Shown one piece after another: positions 18,538 through 28,906 of a DNA stretch of 64,000 bases (position 1 is the stretch's first letter; every line of letters starts with the position of its first letter). Made by a program: the position numbers and the translations under genes. The notes under the pieces were generated by a model. The model ran no database searches and was not told the origin of the DNA. It worked only from the letters and a program-made list of their open reading frames with translations. This DNA comes from Thermodesulfobacteriota bacterium (GTDB lineage: Bacteria; Desulfobacterota; BSN033; UBA1163), in contig JBEKWN010000006.1 in assembly GCA_049513055.1 (NCBI GenBank), positions 160-64,159 on the forward strand. Reading direction: 5' to 3'.

Positions 18538-19680
18538 ATGGCAATCCTATTGGGTGTTATTGGGGCAGCCCTCATCCTGATTGTTTTAGGGGATGCTTTT
18601 GAGACAATCGTTCTTCCCCGCCGGGTGACACGGCCGATCAGTCTTGCCCGCCTTTTTTACCAAACTACCTGGCTTGCCTGGTCCGGAGCGGTTCGTTCGA
18701 TATTTTCAAGCAAACGTCAGGAAACTTTTTTAAGCTGGTACGGTCCCCTTTCTTTGCTTCTTTTGTTGATCCTTTGGGCGACCTGCCTGATCATTGGATT
18801 TGCTCTCGTGCATTGGGCATCCGGTTCCATCATCAAATCGCAGTACGGGACGGTCAATTTCGGCACCTATCTTTACCTGAGTGGCACCACCTTCTTTACA
18901 CTAGGAATGGGAGATGTTGTGCCTCGTACCACGTTTGGAAGAGGGCTTGTCGCGTTTGAGGCGGGAATGGGCTTTGGTTTCCTGGCCCTTGTCATTGGTT
19001 ACCTCCCCGTGCTGAATCAATCTTTCTCCCGGCGCGAAGTAAATATATCACTCTTGGATGCGCGTGCAGGTTCACCCCCTACTGCCGCTGAGATGTTACG
19101 CCGGCACAGCCATGACCATGGGATGGAGGAACTTCGGCAACTTTTTCATGAGTGGGAACGCTGGTCAGCGGATTTACTCGAAAGTCATCTCTCCTATCCG
19201 GTGCTCGCTTATTTTCGTTCTCACCATGACAACCAGGCCTGGTTGGGAGCCCTCACCGCCATTCTGGATGCAAGCGCTTTTGTCATCGTCAGCTTGGAAG
19301 GTCCCTGTGAGCGCCAAGCCCAACTGACCTTTGCGGTCACACGACATGCCATTGTCGACCTCGCTCAAATCTTCAACTGCCCTCCTTGTGAGCCAGAACA
19401 GGATCGCCTTTCATTGGCACAATTGAATTCTTTACGCACCACTCTGACCTCAGCTGGTTTGAAACTTCGCGAAGGAAGTGGTGTCGATCAAAAGCTCACA
19501 GAGCTTCGCCGCATGTACGAGCCTTATGTCTATTCCCTTTCCAACTACCTGAACATCACTCTCCCGCCCTGGATTCCCGAACCCGGTCGCATCGACAACT
19601 GGCAGACGACTGCATGGGGACGCAGTACTGGTTTTCAAATAGAAGATCTGCCGGAGGAACACCACGACGAACATTTTTAG
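18538..19680 (+). CDS. Potassium-channel family protein (2TM pore domain, non-canonical filter TLGMGD) with ~220-aa C-terminal domain of unknown type
   Basis: Pore helix + TTFFTLGMGDVVP; two flanking TM helices. Confidence 0.6.
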   Translation: MAILLGVIGAALILIVLGDAFETIVLPRRVTRPISLARLFYQTTWLAWSGAVRSIFSSKRQETFLSWYGPLSLLLLLILWATCLIIGFALVHWASGSIIKSQYGTVNFGTYLYLSGTTFFTLGMGDVVPRTTFGRGLVAFEAGMGFGFLALVIGYLPVLNQSFSRREVNISLLDARAGSPPTAAEMLRRHSHDHGMEELRQLFHEWERWSADLLESHLSYPVLAYFRSHHDNQAWLGALTAILDASAFVIVSLEGPCERQAQLTFAVTRHAIVDLAQIFNCPPCEPEQDRLSLAQLNSLRTTLTSAGLKLREGSGVDQKLTELRRMYEPYVYSLSNYLNITLPPWIPEPGRIDNWQTTAWGRSTGFQIEDLPEEHHDEHF

Positions 19681-19739
19681 GACCGATCTTTTAGGACCGG
19701 ATATCAATGGTTGTCAATGACTCAGGTGGAAAAATCCAC

Positions 19740-20645
19740 TTAAGCTTTTCCTTCGATCACACTGGCGATGTGTCGCACCATCTGGCGATATACATCGAGA
19801 AAGATTTCGGGAGAGAGGAAATAGGAGGGATTTTCTTCGTAAAAGGAAGAGATCAGTTTCTGGGCCGCGACATCAATGTCTCGAGTGGAACGGTAAACTT
19901 GCTCCATCCGGGCACGGTTTTTCTTTGCCATTTCGATTGAATTGGAGATGAACTCCCTGGCCTCCACCCCAATGACATACCCATAGTGGTCAGCACAGTA
20001 GACCTCCACTTCAAGGTCCTTTAGCCTTTCGAGGCTTTGCTGATACTTGGAGTAATTGGAATTTCCTGAGGTGACGATCGTCTCGTTGAATGGAATGCCC
20101 CCTCCGTCTGTGGGAAATAAAGCCTTTAGCTCGGGGACATAAGCCGCAATACAGCACGAGGAATGGCCTGGAGTTTCCAGGATCGAGACCTCCAGATTTC
20201 CTAAATTAATTCGGTCTCCTTCACGGATGGTTTTGCCAGAGACATCATTTCTCCACTCTAAGTCGTATGTGGAATAGACATCCTCCTTTTTCATCCTCTT
20301 TGTCACATTTCGGCTGAACTCATTGATCGTAAGAATGGCCTTATCCATCTGAAGGATCTTCCAACCCCTTTCCGAGGCATAAACTTCGATCTCAGGATAA
20401 CGTCGCTTGAAGAAGGGAACAATGCCCACATGATCGAAGTGGGAGTGGAGGATTAAAAGTTTTTTTATCCGGTTCTCCTCAATGCCAAATTCCTTGAATT
20501 GCTGGAGCAGGTCTGACACGATATAGCTCATGCCTCCGCTCACGATCATGGAGCCATTGTTTCCCTCCAGAAGATAGATCCCGGATTCCTCTCGGCCCAA
20601 AAACCAAATTCGCTCATTTACTTTTCCCGGTTTTCGAATTCTCAT
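19740..20645 (-). CDS. MBL-fold metallo-hydrolase
   Basis: LILHSHFDHVG (HxHxDH) motif. Confidence 0.8.
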   Translation of the reverse strand: MRIRKPGKVNERIWFLGREESGIYLLEGNNGSMIVSGGMSYIVSDLLQQFKEFGIEENRIKKLLILHSHFDHVGIVPFFKRRYPEIEVYASERGWKILQMDKAILTINEFSRNVTKRMKKEDVYSTYDLEWRNDVSGKTIREGDRINLGNLEVSILETPGHSSCCIAAYVPELKALFPTDGGGIPFNETIVTSGNSNYSKYQQSLERLKDLEVEVYCADHYGYVIGVEAREFISNSIEMAKKNRARMEQVYRSTRDIDVAAQKLISSFYEENPSYFLSPEIFLDVYRQMVRHIASVIEGKA

Positions 20646-22207
20646 CTCCTATTTTCCTTAAGTTTAATGTTTTTAGATTTTTGAAATAGGGCGTACGCGA
20701 GCAGGAAAATTGACAAAACAGAACAACACCATGCGAAAACATCGCCGTAAAGGGTATAAAAAGTTTTATTCTTCGAGAGTCGGATCGTTCCGTTCATTGA
20801 CTCTTCCGTGAAAATCTCTCCCCCTTTTAAAATCTTTCCTCTTGGATCGATGAAGCCGGTGATCCCAGTATTAGCCGCTCTGGCGACAAAGACTCGATTT
20901 TCAACGGCCCTGAACGTCGCCATGGAGAAGTGCTGATAAGGGGCAGAGGTTCTCCCAAACCAGGCATCGTTTGTGATCGTTATTAGAAAGTTTGCACCCC
21001 TTTTGACGAATCTTCGGCAGAGATCCGGAAAGATGATTTCAAAGCAAATGAGAACACCAAATTTACCTTGAGGTAAGGAGAAATTGAAAATCTCTTTTCC
21101 AGATTTAAAGTCTCCAATACCTTCCCCCAAAGATCCGATAAAAAAGAGAAGGTCTTGCATGGGGACATATTCACCAAAAGGGACGAGGTGGATTTTGTCA
21201 TACTTTCCTACCAGTTCCCCTGAAGGAGAGACCAGGTAAGCACTGTTAAAATGGTTCACTTCCCCTTTCTGGATTTTATAAGAAGGGGTTCCGAAAAGGA
21301 GAAAGGCATTTGTCTTCTTCGGAATATCTAAGACAAAGGGTTGGTATTCTTTGGAGTCCTGAAAAAAGAAGGGAGTGGCTGTTTCAGGCCAGATAATAAG
21401 ATCCGGTTTTTCCTCTGCCACCCTTGAAGAAAGCTTCTCATAAATCTTTAAGGTCTCTATCTGAAAAGATTTATCCCATTTTATTGACTGATCGATATTT
21501 CCTTGAACCAATCCAATCTTCAAGGGAGGGTTTTGGATCATTTGCCGATCTATAACCCCCATCTTTAAATATCCATAGATCAGGAAGCCGAGAAGGATGA
21601 CGGCTGTAACGATTACTTCCTTAAATGGAAAGACCCTTTTTGACCATTGATGGAGCACCCCAAAGAGTGTGGCATTCACCAGAAGGATGACAAAGGAGAG
21701 ACCATAGGCTCCTGTGATATCTGCCATCTGAATAAAAGGGAGATTGAGATATTGAGAATAGCCTAAGTTTGCCCAGGGAAAACCCGTCAGAAGGAAAGAG
21801 CGGAGGTATTCTAAGGCCACCCAGAGGAACGGGGTGAAAAGAGTGAATTGAAGTCCTGATCGTATCTGAATGAATCGGGTTAGGTATGTGAAGGCGCCGA
21901 TAAAGAGGCTCAGGTAGACTACTAAGAGCAAGAGAATGAAGCCGCTCAGGATCAGAGGGACGTTACCATATGTGTGGACCGCCACAATGATCCAATAAAG
22001 AATTCCGAGAAAAGAGATGATGCCTGTCAAGAACCCGAGTTCAAAACTACGGACTAATCCCTTTCCCTCTATGGAGTAGAAAAGAGGAACCAGAGCAAAC
22101 CAGGCGAAAAATTCGAGATCAAAATTAGGGAAGGAGAGGATGAGGAGAATTCCGGAAAGGAGACTTAGCAGGATGTCTCTTTTTTTCATGGTTTTCATCA
22201 TAAGCAA
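20642..22207 (-). CDS. lnt: Apolipoprotein N-acyltransferase
   Basis: Multi-TM N-terminus plus CN-hydrolase domain (WPE..., CFEIIFPDL) of Lnt length (521 aa). Confidence 0.85.
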   Translation of the reverse strand: MLMMKTMKKRDILLSLLSGILLILSFPNFDLEFFAWFALVPLFYSIEGKGLVRSFELGFLTGIISFLGILYWIIVAVHTYGNVPLILSGFILLLLVVYLSLFIGAFTYLTRFIQIRSGLQFTLFTPFLWVALEYLRSFLLTGFPWANLGYSQYLNLPFIQMADITGAYGLSFVILLVNATLFGVLHQWSKRVFPFKEVIVTAVILLGFLIYGYLKMGVIDRQMIQNPPLKIGLVQGNIDQSIKWDKSFQIETLKIYEKLSSRVAEEKPDLIIWPETATPFFFQDSKEYQPFVLDIPKKTNAFLLFGTPSYKIQKGEVNHFNSAYLVSPSGELVGKYDKIHLVPFGEYVPMQDLLFFIGSLGEGIGDFKSGKEIFNFSLPQGKFGVLICFEIIFPDLCRRFVKRGANFLITITNDAWFGRTSAPYQHFSMATFRAVENRVFVARAANTGITGFIDPRGKILKGGEIFTEESMNGTIRLSKNKTFYTLYGDVFAWCCSVLSIFLLAYALFQKSKNIKLKENRR

Positions 22208-22220
22208 TCAGAAGGCAATT

Positions 22221-22248
22221 TTCAAGAAAGATTTGAATTTCTAAAAGG
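22221..22248 (+). promoter_or_regulatory. Box copy upstream of the response-regulator gene (ttcaagaaagatttgaatttctaaaagg)
   Basis: 20/22 match to 24337-24356; shares AAGATT(T)GAA core with four other intergenic sites. Confidence 0.5.
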
Positions 22249-22268
22249 ATTTGTTAGAATAAGATCCG

Positions 22269-22946
22269 ATGAGAATTTTATTGGTTGAAGATGACAAAGG
22301 CATCGTTCGATTCGTTAAGAAAGGGCTGTTAGAAAATTCTTTTTCTGTAGATGTGGCCATCAATGGAGAAGAGGGGGTAAACTCTGCCCTTCATATGAAA
22401 TACGATCTGATCGTCCTCGATATCCTGCTTCCGAAAGTGGACGGGAGAGAGGTTTTGAAAAGAATCAGGTCCATGGATATTCAAACCCCTGTGATCTTTT
22501 TGACGGCCAAGGATTCGGAGGGCGACATTGTTAATGGTTTAAATTTAGGGGCAGATGATTACTTAACCAAACCTTTCTCTTTTAATGAATTGCTGGCCAG
22601 GATTCAGGCTATCCTTAGAAGGGGCCAGGCAGTCACCTCCCCTTCAAGATTACAAGTGGCAAACCTCGTTTTAGAGCCCGATGGCCATCGGGTTTTTCGG
22701 GAAAAAACGAAGATCGAACTCACCCCGAAAGAGTATGCCCTTCTCGAATTCTTCATGAGACACCCAGGTCAGATCATCACCCGGACCATGATCTCTGAGA
22801 AGGTCTGGGATTACCACTTCGATACCGTTACGAATATCATTGATGTCCATGTCTCTCATCTTCGGAATAAGATCGACAAGGATTTTGAACCGAAACTTCT
22901 TCATACCGTGAAAGGGGTTGGCTATGTCCTGGAAGATCGGGGGTAA
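22269..22946 (+). CDS. OmpR/PhoB-family response regulator (receiver + winged helix)
   Basis: DLIVLDILLP...D receiver motifs; C-terminal winged-helix region. Confidence 0.9.
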   Translation: MRILLVEDDKGIVRFVKKGLLENSFSVDVAINGEEGVNSALHMKYDLIVLDILLPKVDGREVLKRIRSMDIQTPVIFLTAKDSEGDIVNGLNLGADDYLTKPFSFNELLARIQAILRRGQAVTSPSRLQVANLVLEPDGHRVFREKTKIELTPKEYALLEFFMRHPGQIITRTMISEKVWDYHFDTVTNIIDVHVSHLRNKIDKDFEPKLLHTVKGVGYVLEDRG

Positions 22947-24348
22947 GTTTTACCGAAGGACCGATTTCAAAATGACCCTCTGGTATGTATTTACCTTCTT
23001 AATCTCTGCTCTGATCATCTGTACGTTTCTTTACTTAGGTCTGAGGCATCGACTCCTCAAAGAGATTGACCAATTTCTCCTTGATGAGACGAAAGAAATG
23101 GAGAAGGTTTTATCCCAGGAACCCCAAGAGACAAAATTTTTGATGAGATTCGAAGACGAAATCATGAGGAGAAAGTATTACCCTTTCTTTTTTCAGATCT
23201 TGGACCCAAATGGAAAACCTCTCTACGTTTCAAAAGGCTTTCAGGAAATCGGATATGAACTCAAAGATAGGGTGTTGATCAACGCCGGGAATAGGAAAGA
23301 GACCCTGGAGGAAATTCAATCTTTTGGAGGAAGAATAACATTTCATCTCATCAGCACCCCCGTTTATCGGGAGGGAAAACTCACTGAAATCATTCAACTG
23401 GGGACCCAACTTCATTATGTGATAAAGAACCTATCTCATTTTAGAAATAATATATTGATAGCCCTTCCTATCATATTGATATTAGGGGCACTGGGAGGGT
23501 GGGTACTCGCCAGGAGGTCTCTTTCTCCGATTGGCTATATTGCTGCGAAGGCTCAGAGCATTACCTCTCAAAACCTCAGCGAGAGACTCACTCCAAGAGG
23601 AACAGATGATGAGATGGACGATCTCATCTGGACTATCAATGAAATGATTGCCAGATTAGAGAGTTCTTTTAAGCGAATGGCTGAATTTACCGCAGATGCT
23701 TCTCACGAATTGAAGACTCCCATTTGTGCAATGAGGGGAGAAGCAGAGGTTCTACTTTTGAAAGGAAGAACGGCCGAAGAGTATCAGGAAGGGTTGGTCC
23801 ATTTTGTAGAAGAATTTGATCATCTGAATCAGATGGTCAATAATTTACTTCTCCTTTCTAAATTTGACACCACCCAGGGGGGGGTGAAGATGGCTCCCCT
23901 TCGTTTGGATCTTCTGATTCAGGACCTGTGCAATCTCTTCCAAGTCCTTGCTGAACAGAAAAATATTGCCTTAGAAATAGGTACCATTGAAGAGGTCACA
24001 GTGATAGGGGATAAGGTCCGTCTTCAGCAACTCTTTACCAACCTGATTGACAATGCTATCAAATATACTTCGAAAGGGTCCATTCATGTCACAGTTGAAA
24101 AGAATGAAAGTGCTGCTCTGGTTAAAATAAAAGACACTGGAATTGGCATTCCCAAAGAGGAGCAAGAGAGGATCTTCAGACGTTTTTATCGAGCGGATAA
24201 ATCTCGATCGAGGGAAACGGGTGGGGTGGGGTTGGGACTGAGTATCGCTGAATGGATCGTACATGCCCACCACGGGAGGATCGAGATCGATAGTGAATTA
24301 AATAAAGGTTCCACCTTCACCGTCTATTTGCCCATTCAAAAAGATTGA
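22918..24348 (+). CDS. Sensor histidine kinase (2TM periplasmic sensor, HAMP, HisKA, HATPase_c)
   Basis: H-box ADASHELKTP, N/G1/G2 boxes; overlaps RR gene end. Confidence 0.9.
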   Translation: MAMSWKIGGKFYRRTDFKMTLWYVFTFLISALIICTFLYLGLRHRLLKEIDQFLLDETKEMEKVLSQEPQETKFLMRFEDEIMRRKYYPFFFQILDPNGKPLYVSKGFQEIGYELKDRVLINAGNRKETLEEIQSFGGRITFHLISTPVYREGKLTEIIQLGTQLHYVIKNLSHFRNNILIALPIILILGALGGWVLARRSLSPIGYIAAKAQSITSQNLSERLTPRGTDDEMDDLIWTINEMIARLESSFKRMAEFTADASHELKTPICAMRGEAEVLLLKGRTAEEYQEGLVHFVEEFDHLNQMVNNLLLLSKFDTTQGGVKMAPLRLDLLIQDLCNLFQVLAEQKNIALEIGTIEEVTVIGDKVRLQQLFTNLIDNAIKYTSKGSIHVTVEKNESAALVKIKDTGIGIPKEEQERIFRRFYRADKSRSRETGGVGLGLSIAEWIVHAHHGRIEIDSELNKGSTFTVYLPIQKD

Positions 24349-24392
24349 ATTTCCATTCCTCAGGATTAAGGAATCTTCATCTAAATTTAATC
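24337..24392 (+). promoter_or_regulatory. Double box (aaagattgaatttcc + aggattaaggaatctt + catctaaatttaatc) overlapping the HK stop and preceding the orphan HK
   Basis: Shared motif, see finding. Confidence 0.5.
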
Positions 24393-24529
24393 TCCGTTTA
24401 ATCGTCTTTTCTTAATATTTATACAGGAAAACAAAGGGGTAAAGCCCGCGGTTATAGGGGATTGTAGTCAATATTCATGGCGGACTCCAGCTGCAAGATG
24501 AATATCCACCCGAGTTTTAAGATAAAAAA

Positions 24530-25528
24530 ATGAAAGGCAATTTAGCCCTGGAGGATAGAAGCAGGGCCAGGACATTCAGAGACTTGGTTATCATCTCTGT
24601 AACTGCCGTTTTGGCGTTTGCCATAGCCTATGTTTTTAATCTATTTGAGATGATCGCAGATTTGTCACGGAAACATGTAGGATGGAACATTGATGAATTC
24701 ATTATTGTCCTTGCGATCTTAGCATTCGCTTTTGGGATTTTTTCATTACGGAGGTGGAGGGAATTGAAAGATGAAATTGCTGAGCGCAGGCGGGCGGAGA
24801 AGGAGATCAAAAAGCTGAATGAAGATTTGGAACGCCGGACCATTGAGCTTGAAGCAACCAACAACGAATTGGAAGCATTCAGTTACTCTGTCTCCCATGA
24901 CCTGCGCAACCCGGTGCTGGCCATTGGCGGTTTTTCGCGTCTCTTGTTAGAAAAATACTCAAGCCATCTCGATGAAAAAGGGCATCATTATTTAAATATC
25001 ATACTGTCGAGCACACAAAACATGTGCCAGTTCATTGATGATATTCTTGCTTTCTCTCATTCAGGGCACCGACAAATTGAGTTCTCAGACATTGACATGG
25101 GGGAACTTGCCAAAGCCTTATTTGAGGAACTCAAAGGCATCACCTTAGGACGAATGCTGCGATTGAACCTTAAACCCCTTCCTCCTGCCCGTTGTGATCG
25201 GGCAATGATTCGGGAAGTCCTCATGAATCTGTTGTCCAATGCCATTAAATTTACAAGGGACAAAGAAACTGGTATCATTGAGATGAGTGGGTGGATTGAG
25301 AAAAATCAAAACATCTATTATGTCAAGGATAATGGTGCTGGGTTTGATATGCAGAATGCAGATAAATTATTCGGTGTTTTTCAACGGTTGCACAACACAG
25401 AGGAATTTGAAGGAACGGGTGTAGGGCTCGCCCTTGTCCAGCGCATTATTTATCGACACGGTGGACGAGTGTGGGCTGTAGGGAAAGTCAACGAAGGTGC
25501 CACCTTCTTTTTTTCGCTTCCAAGATGA
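24530..25528 (+). CDS. Orphan membrane sensor histidine kinase (2TM, coiled coil, HisKA, HATPase_c)
   Basis: SHDLRNPV H-box; HATPase motifs; no adjacent RR. Confidence 0.85.
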   Translation: MKGNLALEDRSRARTFRDLVIISVTAVLAFAIAYVFNLFEMIADLSRKHVGWNIDEFIIVLAILAFAFGIFSLRRWRELKDEIAERRRAEKEIKKLNEDLERRTIELEATNNELEAFSYSVSHDLRNPVLAIGGFSRLLLEKYSSHLDEKGHHYLNIILSSTQNMCQFIDDILAFSHSGHRQIEFSDIDMGELAKALFEELKGITLGRMLRLNLKPLPPARCDRAMIREVLMNLLSNAIKFTRDKETGIIEMSGWIEKNQNIYYVKDNGAGFDMQNADKLFGVFQRLHNTEEFEGTGVGLALVQRIIYRHGGRVWAVGKVNEGATFFFSLPR

Positions 25529-25658
25529 GATTAAAATTCGATGAAAGAAATGTATCCGAATTCCTTTTTGTTGAAGACAATCCAGACAAAGTTTAACTTA
25601 CACACATAGAGATAGAGAGATATCGTTTTGCCAAGGAAGTGTTTAAGGACTTAATCCG

Positions 25659-25704
25659 ATTTCTTGCTCCTCAAGATTGAAGAAATTTTCATCTAAATTC
25701 ATCT
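25659..25704 (+). promoter_or_regulatory. Box copy upstream of the GNAT module (cgatttcttgctcctcaagattgaagaaattttcatctaaattcatc)
   Basis: Shared motif. Confidence 0.5.
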
Positions 25705-25725
25705 CATTAAACCCCTGTCTTATTA

Positions 25726-26856
25726 ATGGAAATGGTCGAGGTGACATACAAAATTTTAGATTCGGTTAGTAAAATCAATAGGAATGATTGGGATTCCGTA
25801 TTCGGAAGTATTCCCGAAGGATATGAGTTTTACCATACGCTTGAAAAGTCAGACCTTAAAGAATTCTCTTTTTACTACTTACTCCTTTATCGAGACGGGA
25901 ATATTCTTTCCATTGCGCCCCTCTTTGTTACTGATTTTTATTTGGATATTGTTTTGGAAGGATTTATTAAAAATGTCATCGGTTTTATCCGTCATTTTGT
26001 ACCCAAATTTTTTATTTTAAAGACGTTATTTTGCGGTTCCCCTTTCAGTGAAAATGGTGTTTTGGGTATCACGAAAGACGTTGGGGATGCCCGTATTCTT
26101 ATTGACGAAATCGTTCAAGTCATGCAAAGATTTAGCAGAGGGAATAAGGTCCCCTTCATTATTTTTAAGGATTTCTTAAGAGAAGATACTTCCCTTTTAG
26201 ATTCCCTTAGACACAAGGGATTTCTTAAGGTTGACAGCTTTCCCTTAGTCAGGATGGAATTGAATTTTAATTCCTTAGAAGAGTATTTTGGAAGTTTAAG
26301 CACTTCCACAAGAAAGGATTTGCGTCGTAAGATAAAAAAAGCTTACTCCAAGGATAAAATCAAAATAAGAGTTGTGGATGACATCGAAGATATCATCGAC
26401 GATGTCTATCCCCTCTATTTAAACACCTATCACGCCGGCGAGGTAAAATTTGAGTTTTTAACCAAAGATTTTTTTATCAATGTCTCAAAAAATTTAAAAC
26501 CGCACACCAAATATTTTCTTTATTATGTGGAAGATCAACTCGCTGCCTTTAACCTCTGCTTTGTATATGATCATTTACTGATCGATAAATTCATCGGTTT
26601 TGATTATGAGATCGCCCATCAATATTCTTTGTATTTCGTCAGTTGGTGTTTTAATATTGAGTGGTGCCTGAAAAATTCGATACGCTACTACCAAGTGGGG
26701 CAAACGGATTATGAACCAAAGTTAAAATTAGGCGGAAGTCTCGTCCCCTTATTCGCCTATTTCAAACACAAAAATTTATTTTTTAATTTAATTATAAAAT
26801 TACTTGCGATATGGCTACTCAAACCAAATTCTTCCATCAGGAATGCAGAAAATTAG
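25726..26856 (+). CDS. FemAB-like / GNAT-fold acyltransferase (PF04339/PF13480-like)
   Basis: 376 aa; N-terminal region resembles FemAB_like proteins; family assignment from memory, moderate. Confidence 0.45.
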   Translation: MEMVEVTYKILDSVSKINRNDWDSVFGSIPEGYEFYHTLEKSDLKEFSFYYLLLYRDGNILSIAPLFVTDFYLDIVLEGFIKNVIGFIRHFVPKFFILKTLFCGSPFSENGVLGITKDVGDARILIDEIVQVMQRFSRGNKVPFIIFKDFLREDTSLLDSLRHKGFLKVDSFPLVRMELNFNSLEEYFGSLSTSTRKDLRRKIKKAYSKDKIKIRVVDDIEDIIDDVYPLYLNTYHAGEVKFEFLTKDFFINVSKNLKPHTKYFLYYVEDQLAAFNLCFVYDHLLIDKFIGFDYEIAHQYSLYFVSWCFNIEWCLKNSIRYYQVGQTDYEPKLKLGGSLVPLFAYFKHKNLFFNLIIKLLAIWLLKPNSSIRNAEN

Positions 26857-27273
26857 ATGCCGAAGCGTAAATTGACCCTAAAAATATTTTTATTTCTTAT
26901 TCTTTCTGATGTGTTAGAGACGTTTCACCAATTTTGTTTTAAGAAAAGCGCTTTATTTGAGGAGGATCCTCCACTCACCGGTTTTTATGACCTTCTCCTA
27001 TTTTTCAAAGTAGTCTTTTCTTCTCCGTTTTTCTGGATTGGTCTCCTCTCCTTAATCATCATGTTTATCATCTGGTCAAGCATCCTTTCAAAAATAGATT
27101 TAAGTATGGCCGTTCCCATCGCCAGTTTCAGCTATATCCTTGTTGCTTTGGTTTCCATCCTTTTTCTCCATGAGACGATCACCCTCCTCAGGTGGATGGG
27201 AATATTTTTAATATTGACCGGCGTGATATTCGTCTCCGTGAGCAGCCGTGTTAAAGAGAGCACTTTGACATGA
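26857..27273 (+). CDS. Small 4-TM DMT/EamA-like half-transporter (ArnE/ArnF-like)
   Basis: 138 aa, four hydrophobic helices; paired with a second similar gene overlapping by 4 nt. Confidence 0.55.
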   Translation: MPKRKLTLKIFLFLILSDVLETFHQFCFKKSALFEEDPPLTGFYDLLLFFKVVFSSPFFWIGLLSLIIMFIIWSSILSKIDLSMAVPIASFSYILVALVSILFLHETITLLRWMGIFLILTGVIFVSVSSRVKESTLT

Positions 27274-27653
27274 AAGAAGGCCAGCTTTTTATTCTAAGTT
27301 TAATTGTATTTACAAGCCTCTGTGACACGTTCAGGGAGCTCTTCTTGAAATCAGGGGTGAATGTTTTAAATCAATTCAATCCCGGGAATATCAAAGAAGT
27401 GATCCTTTTTATTTTGAAATTAATCAGGACTCCGAGGGTGTGGATCAGTTTGCTTTTTGGTTTTCTTTCTTTATTTATTTGGCTCTTTATTTTATCAAAA
27501 GTCGATTTAAATTTTGCTTTCTCCTTAGACAGTATGCACTATATCTTTATTGCCTTGGCCTCTCAGTTCCTATTAAAGGAAAAAGTGAGATTGACGCGCT
27601 GGGTGGGTACCCTCTTCATCGTATTGGGAATCACCTTGGTCACCCTGAGTTAA
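27270..27653 (+). CDS. Small 4-TM DMT/EamA-like half-transporter (ArnE/ArnF-like), partner of previous
   Basis: 127 aa, four TM helices, same architecture. Confidence 0.55.
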   Translation: MKEGQLFILSLIVFTSLCDTFRELFLKSGVNVLNQFNPGNIKEVILFILKLIRTPRVWISLLFGFLSLFIWLFILSKVDLNFAFSLDSMHYIFIALASQFLLKEKVRLTRWVGTLFIVLGITLVTLS

Positions 27654-27664
27654 TTGAACCTTCC

Positions 27665-28906
27665 ATGAGCCTATTCAGAGAAATTCCCCCCACGGCTGGT
27701 TTCCCCCTCTATTGGAAAGATATTTTGTCCGTCTTTAAGGTAAAAGATCCCGAAGACGTTTTGGAGAAGGATTTCAAAAATTACCTTAACGTTGAATATG
27801 CAAAGGTAACATGTTCGGGGACAGTCGCTTTATACCTTATCCTTGAGACCTTGAAAGAATTATCCCCTCGTAAAACGGTCATTATCCCTTCTTTTATATG
27901 CCCTCTCGTTCCCTTGGCCATTCAAAGAGCAGGATTAACTGTAGAGATATGCGACATCAACAAGGGTGATTTTAATTTTAACTTTGAAGCATTAGAGGAA
28001 TTATGCTTAAAAAACCCAGATATCTTAGCAATCGTTCCCGTACACCTGGGAGGGATCCCACTCGATTTTGATCCCATTAAAAATATTTCCAATCCATACG
28101 GGATATTTGTTATTGAGGATTGTGCCCAATCCTTAGGGGCAACTTATCAAGAGAAGAAGGTGGGGACGCTGGGAGATTTTTCTTTTTTCAGCCTCTGTCG
28201 TGGCAAAGGATTAACCCTCTATGAAGGAGGAGTGGTGGTAACCCATCGGAAAGATTACGGCGCTGTGTTGGGAAAAAAGATAGATCAGTTCGTCAAGGAT
28301 GATTTTATTTTGGAAAGCCTGAGAGTCCTCGAATTATTTGGATACTGGCTTTTATACCGCCCCTCTTTTTTCTGGTTTGTTTTCAGCCTCCCCCAAATTT
28401 TCTGGAATCTACAGGGCAAGAAATTCAAAGCCTTCATGGAAGACCTCACCATTGATTTTCCTATTCATCAAGTATCCAAGATGAGAAGATTAATAGGACA
28501 TGTCCATTTCCATCACTTAGAGGAAGAGATAGAGAAACAAAGCCAAAAGGCATCTTATTATATAGAAGGGCTTAAAAACATCGAAGGGGTTCAAGTCATC
28601 AAGGCCCCTGAATATGGCAGGGGAAACTATCCTTATTTAACTTTAATTTTTGATACCCCCGAGAAACGGGAGATGGCTTTAAAACAATTTGAAAATTCTG
28701 GCTTGGGGGTCTCCCAGATTTATGTCTGTGCCATTACGGATTATGACTATCTCAAACCCATCCTCCCTGATCGGCCCTGTCCGAACGCCCGTTATCTGGC
28801 AGAGAGGGAAATCACTTTATCTACCAGTACTTTTTTGAAGGAGGTAGATTTAGATTCGATTTTAAATATATTAGGAGATTTATTAGGAGCTGGCCGGAGG
28901 CGATGA
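27665..28906 (+). CDS. DegT/DnrJ/EryC1/StrS-family PLP aminotransferase (ArnB-like)
   Basis: CSGTVALYL, ...IEDCAQSLGATYQ..., FSFFSLCRGKGL motifs; start ATG 27665 just after the upstream gene stop. Confidence 0.85.
   Translation: MSLFREIPPTAGFPLYWKDILSVFKVKDPEDVLEKDFKNYLNVEYAKVTCSGTVALYLILETLKELSPRKTVIIPSFICPLVPLAIQRAGLTVEICDINKGDFNFNFEALEELCLKNPDILAIVPVHLGGIPLDFDPIKNISNPYGIFVIEDCAQSLGATYQEKKVGTLGDFSFFSLCRGKGLTLYEGGVVVTHRKDYGAVLGKKIDQFVKDDFILESLRVLELFGYWLLYRPSFFWFVFSLPQIFWNLQGKKFKAFMEDLTIDFPIHQVSKMRRLIGHVHFHHLEEEIEKQSQKASYYIEGLKNIEGVQVIKAPEYGRGNYPYLTLIFDTPEKREMALKQFENSGLGVSQIYVCAITDYDYLKPILPDRPCPNARYLAEREITLSTSTFLKEVDLDSILNILGDLLGAGRRR

Noticed and set aside
27440-27664. N-terminal 75-aa extension of the DegT ORF
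   Set aside because: Overlaps the preceding membrane-protein gene in another frame; real start is ATG 27665
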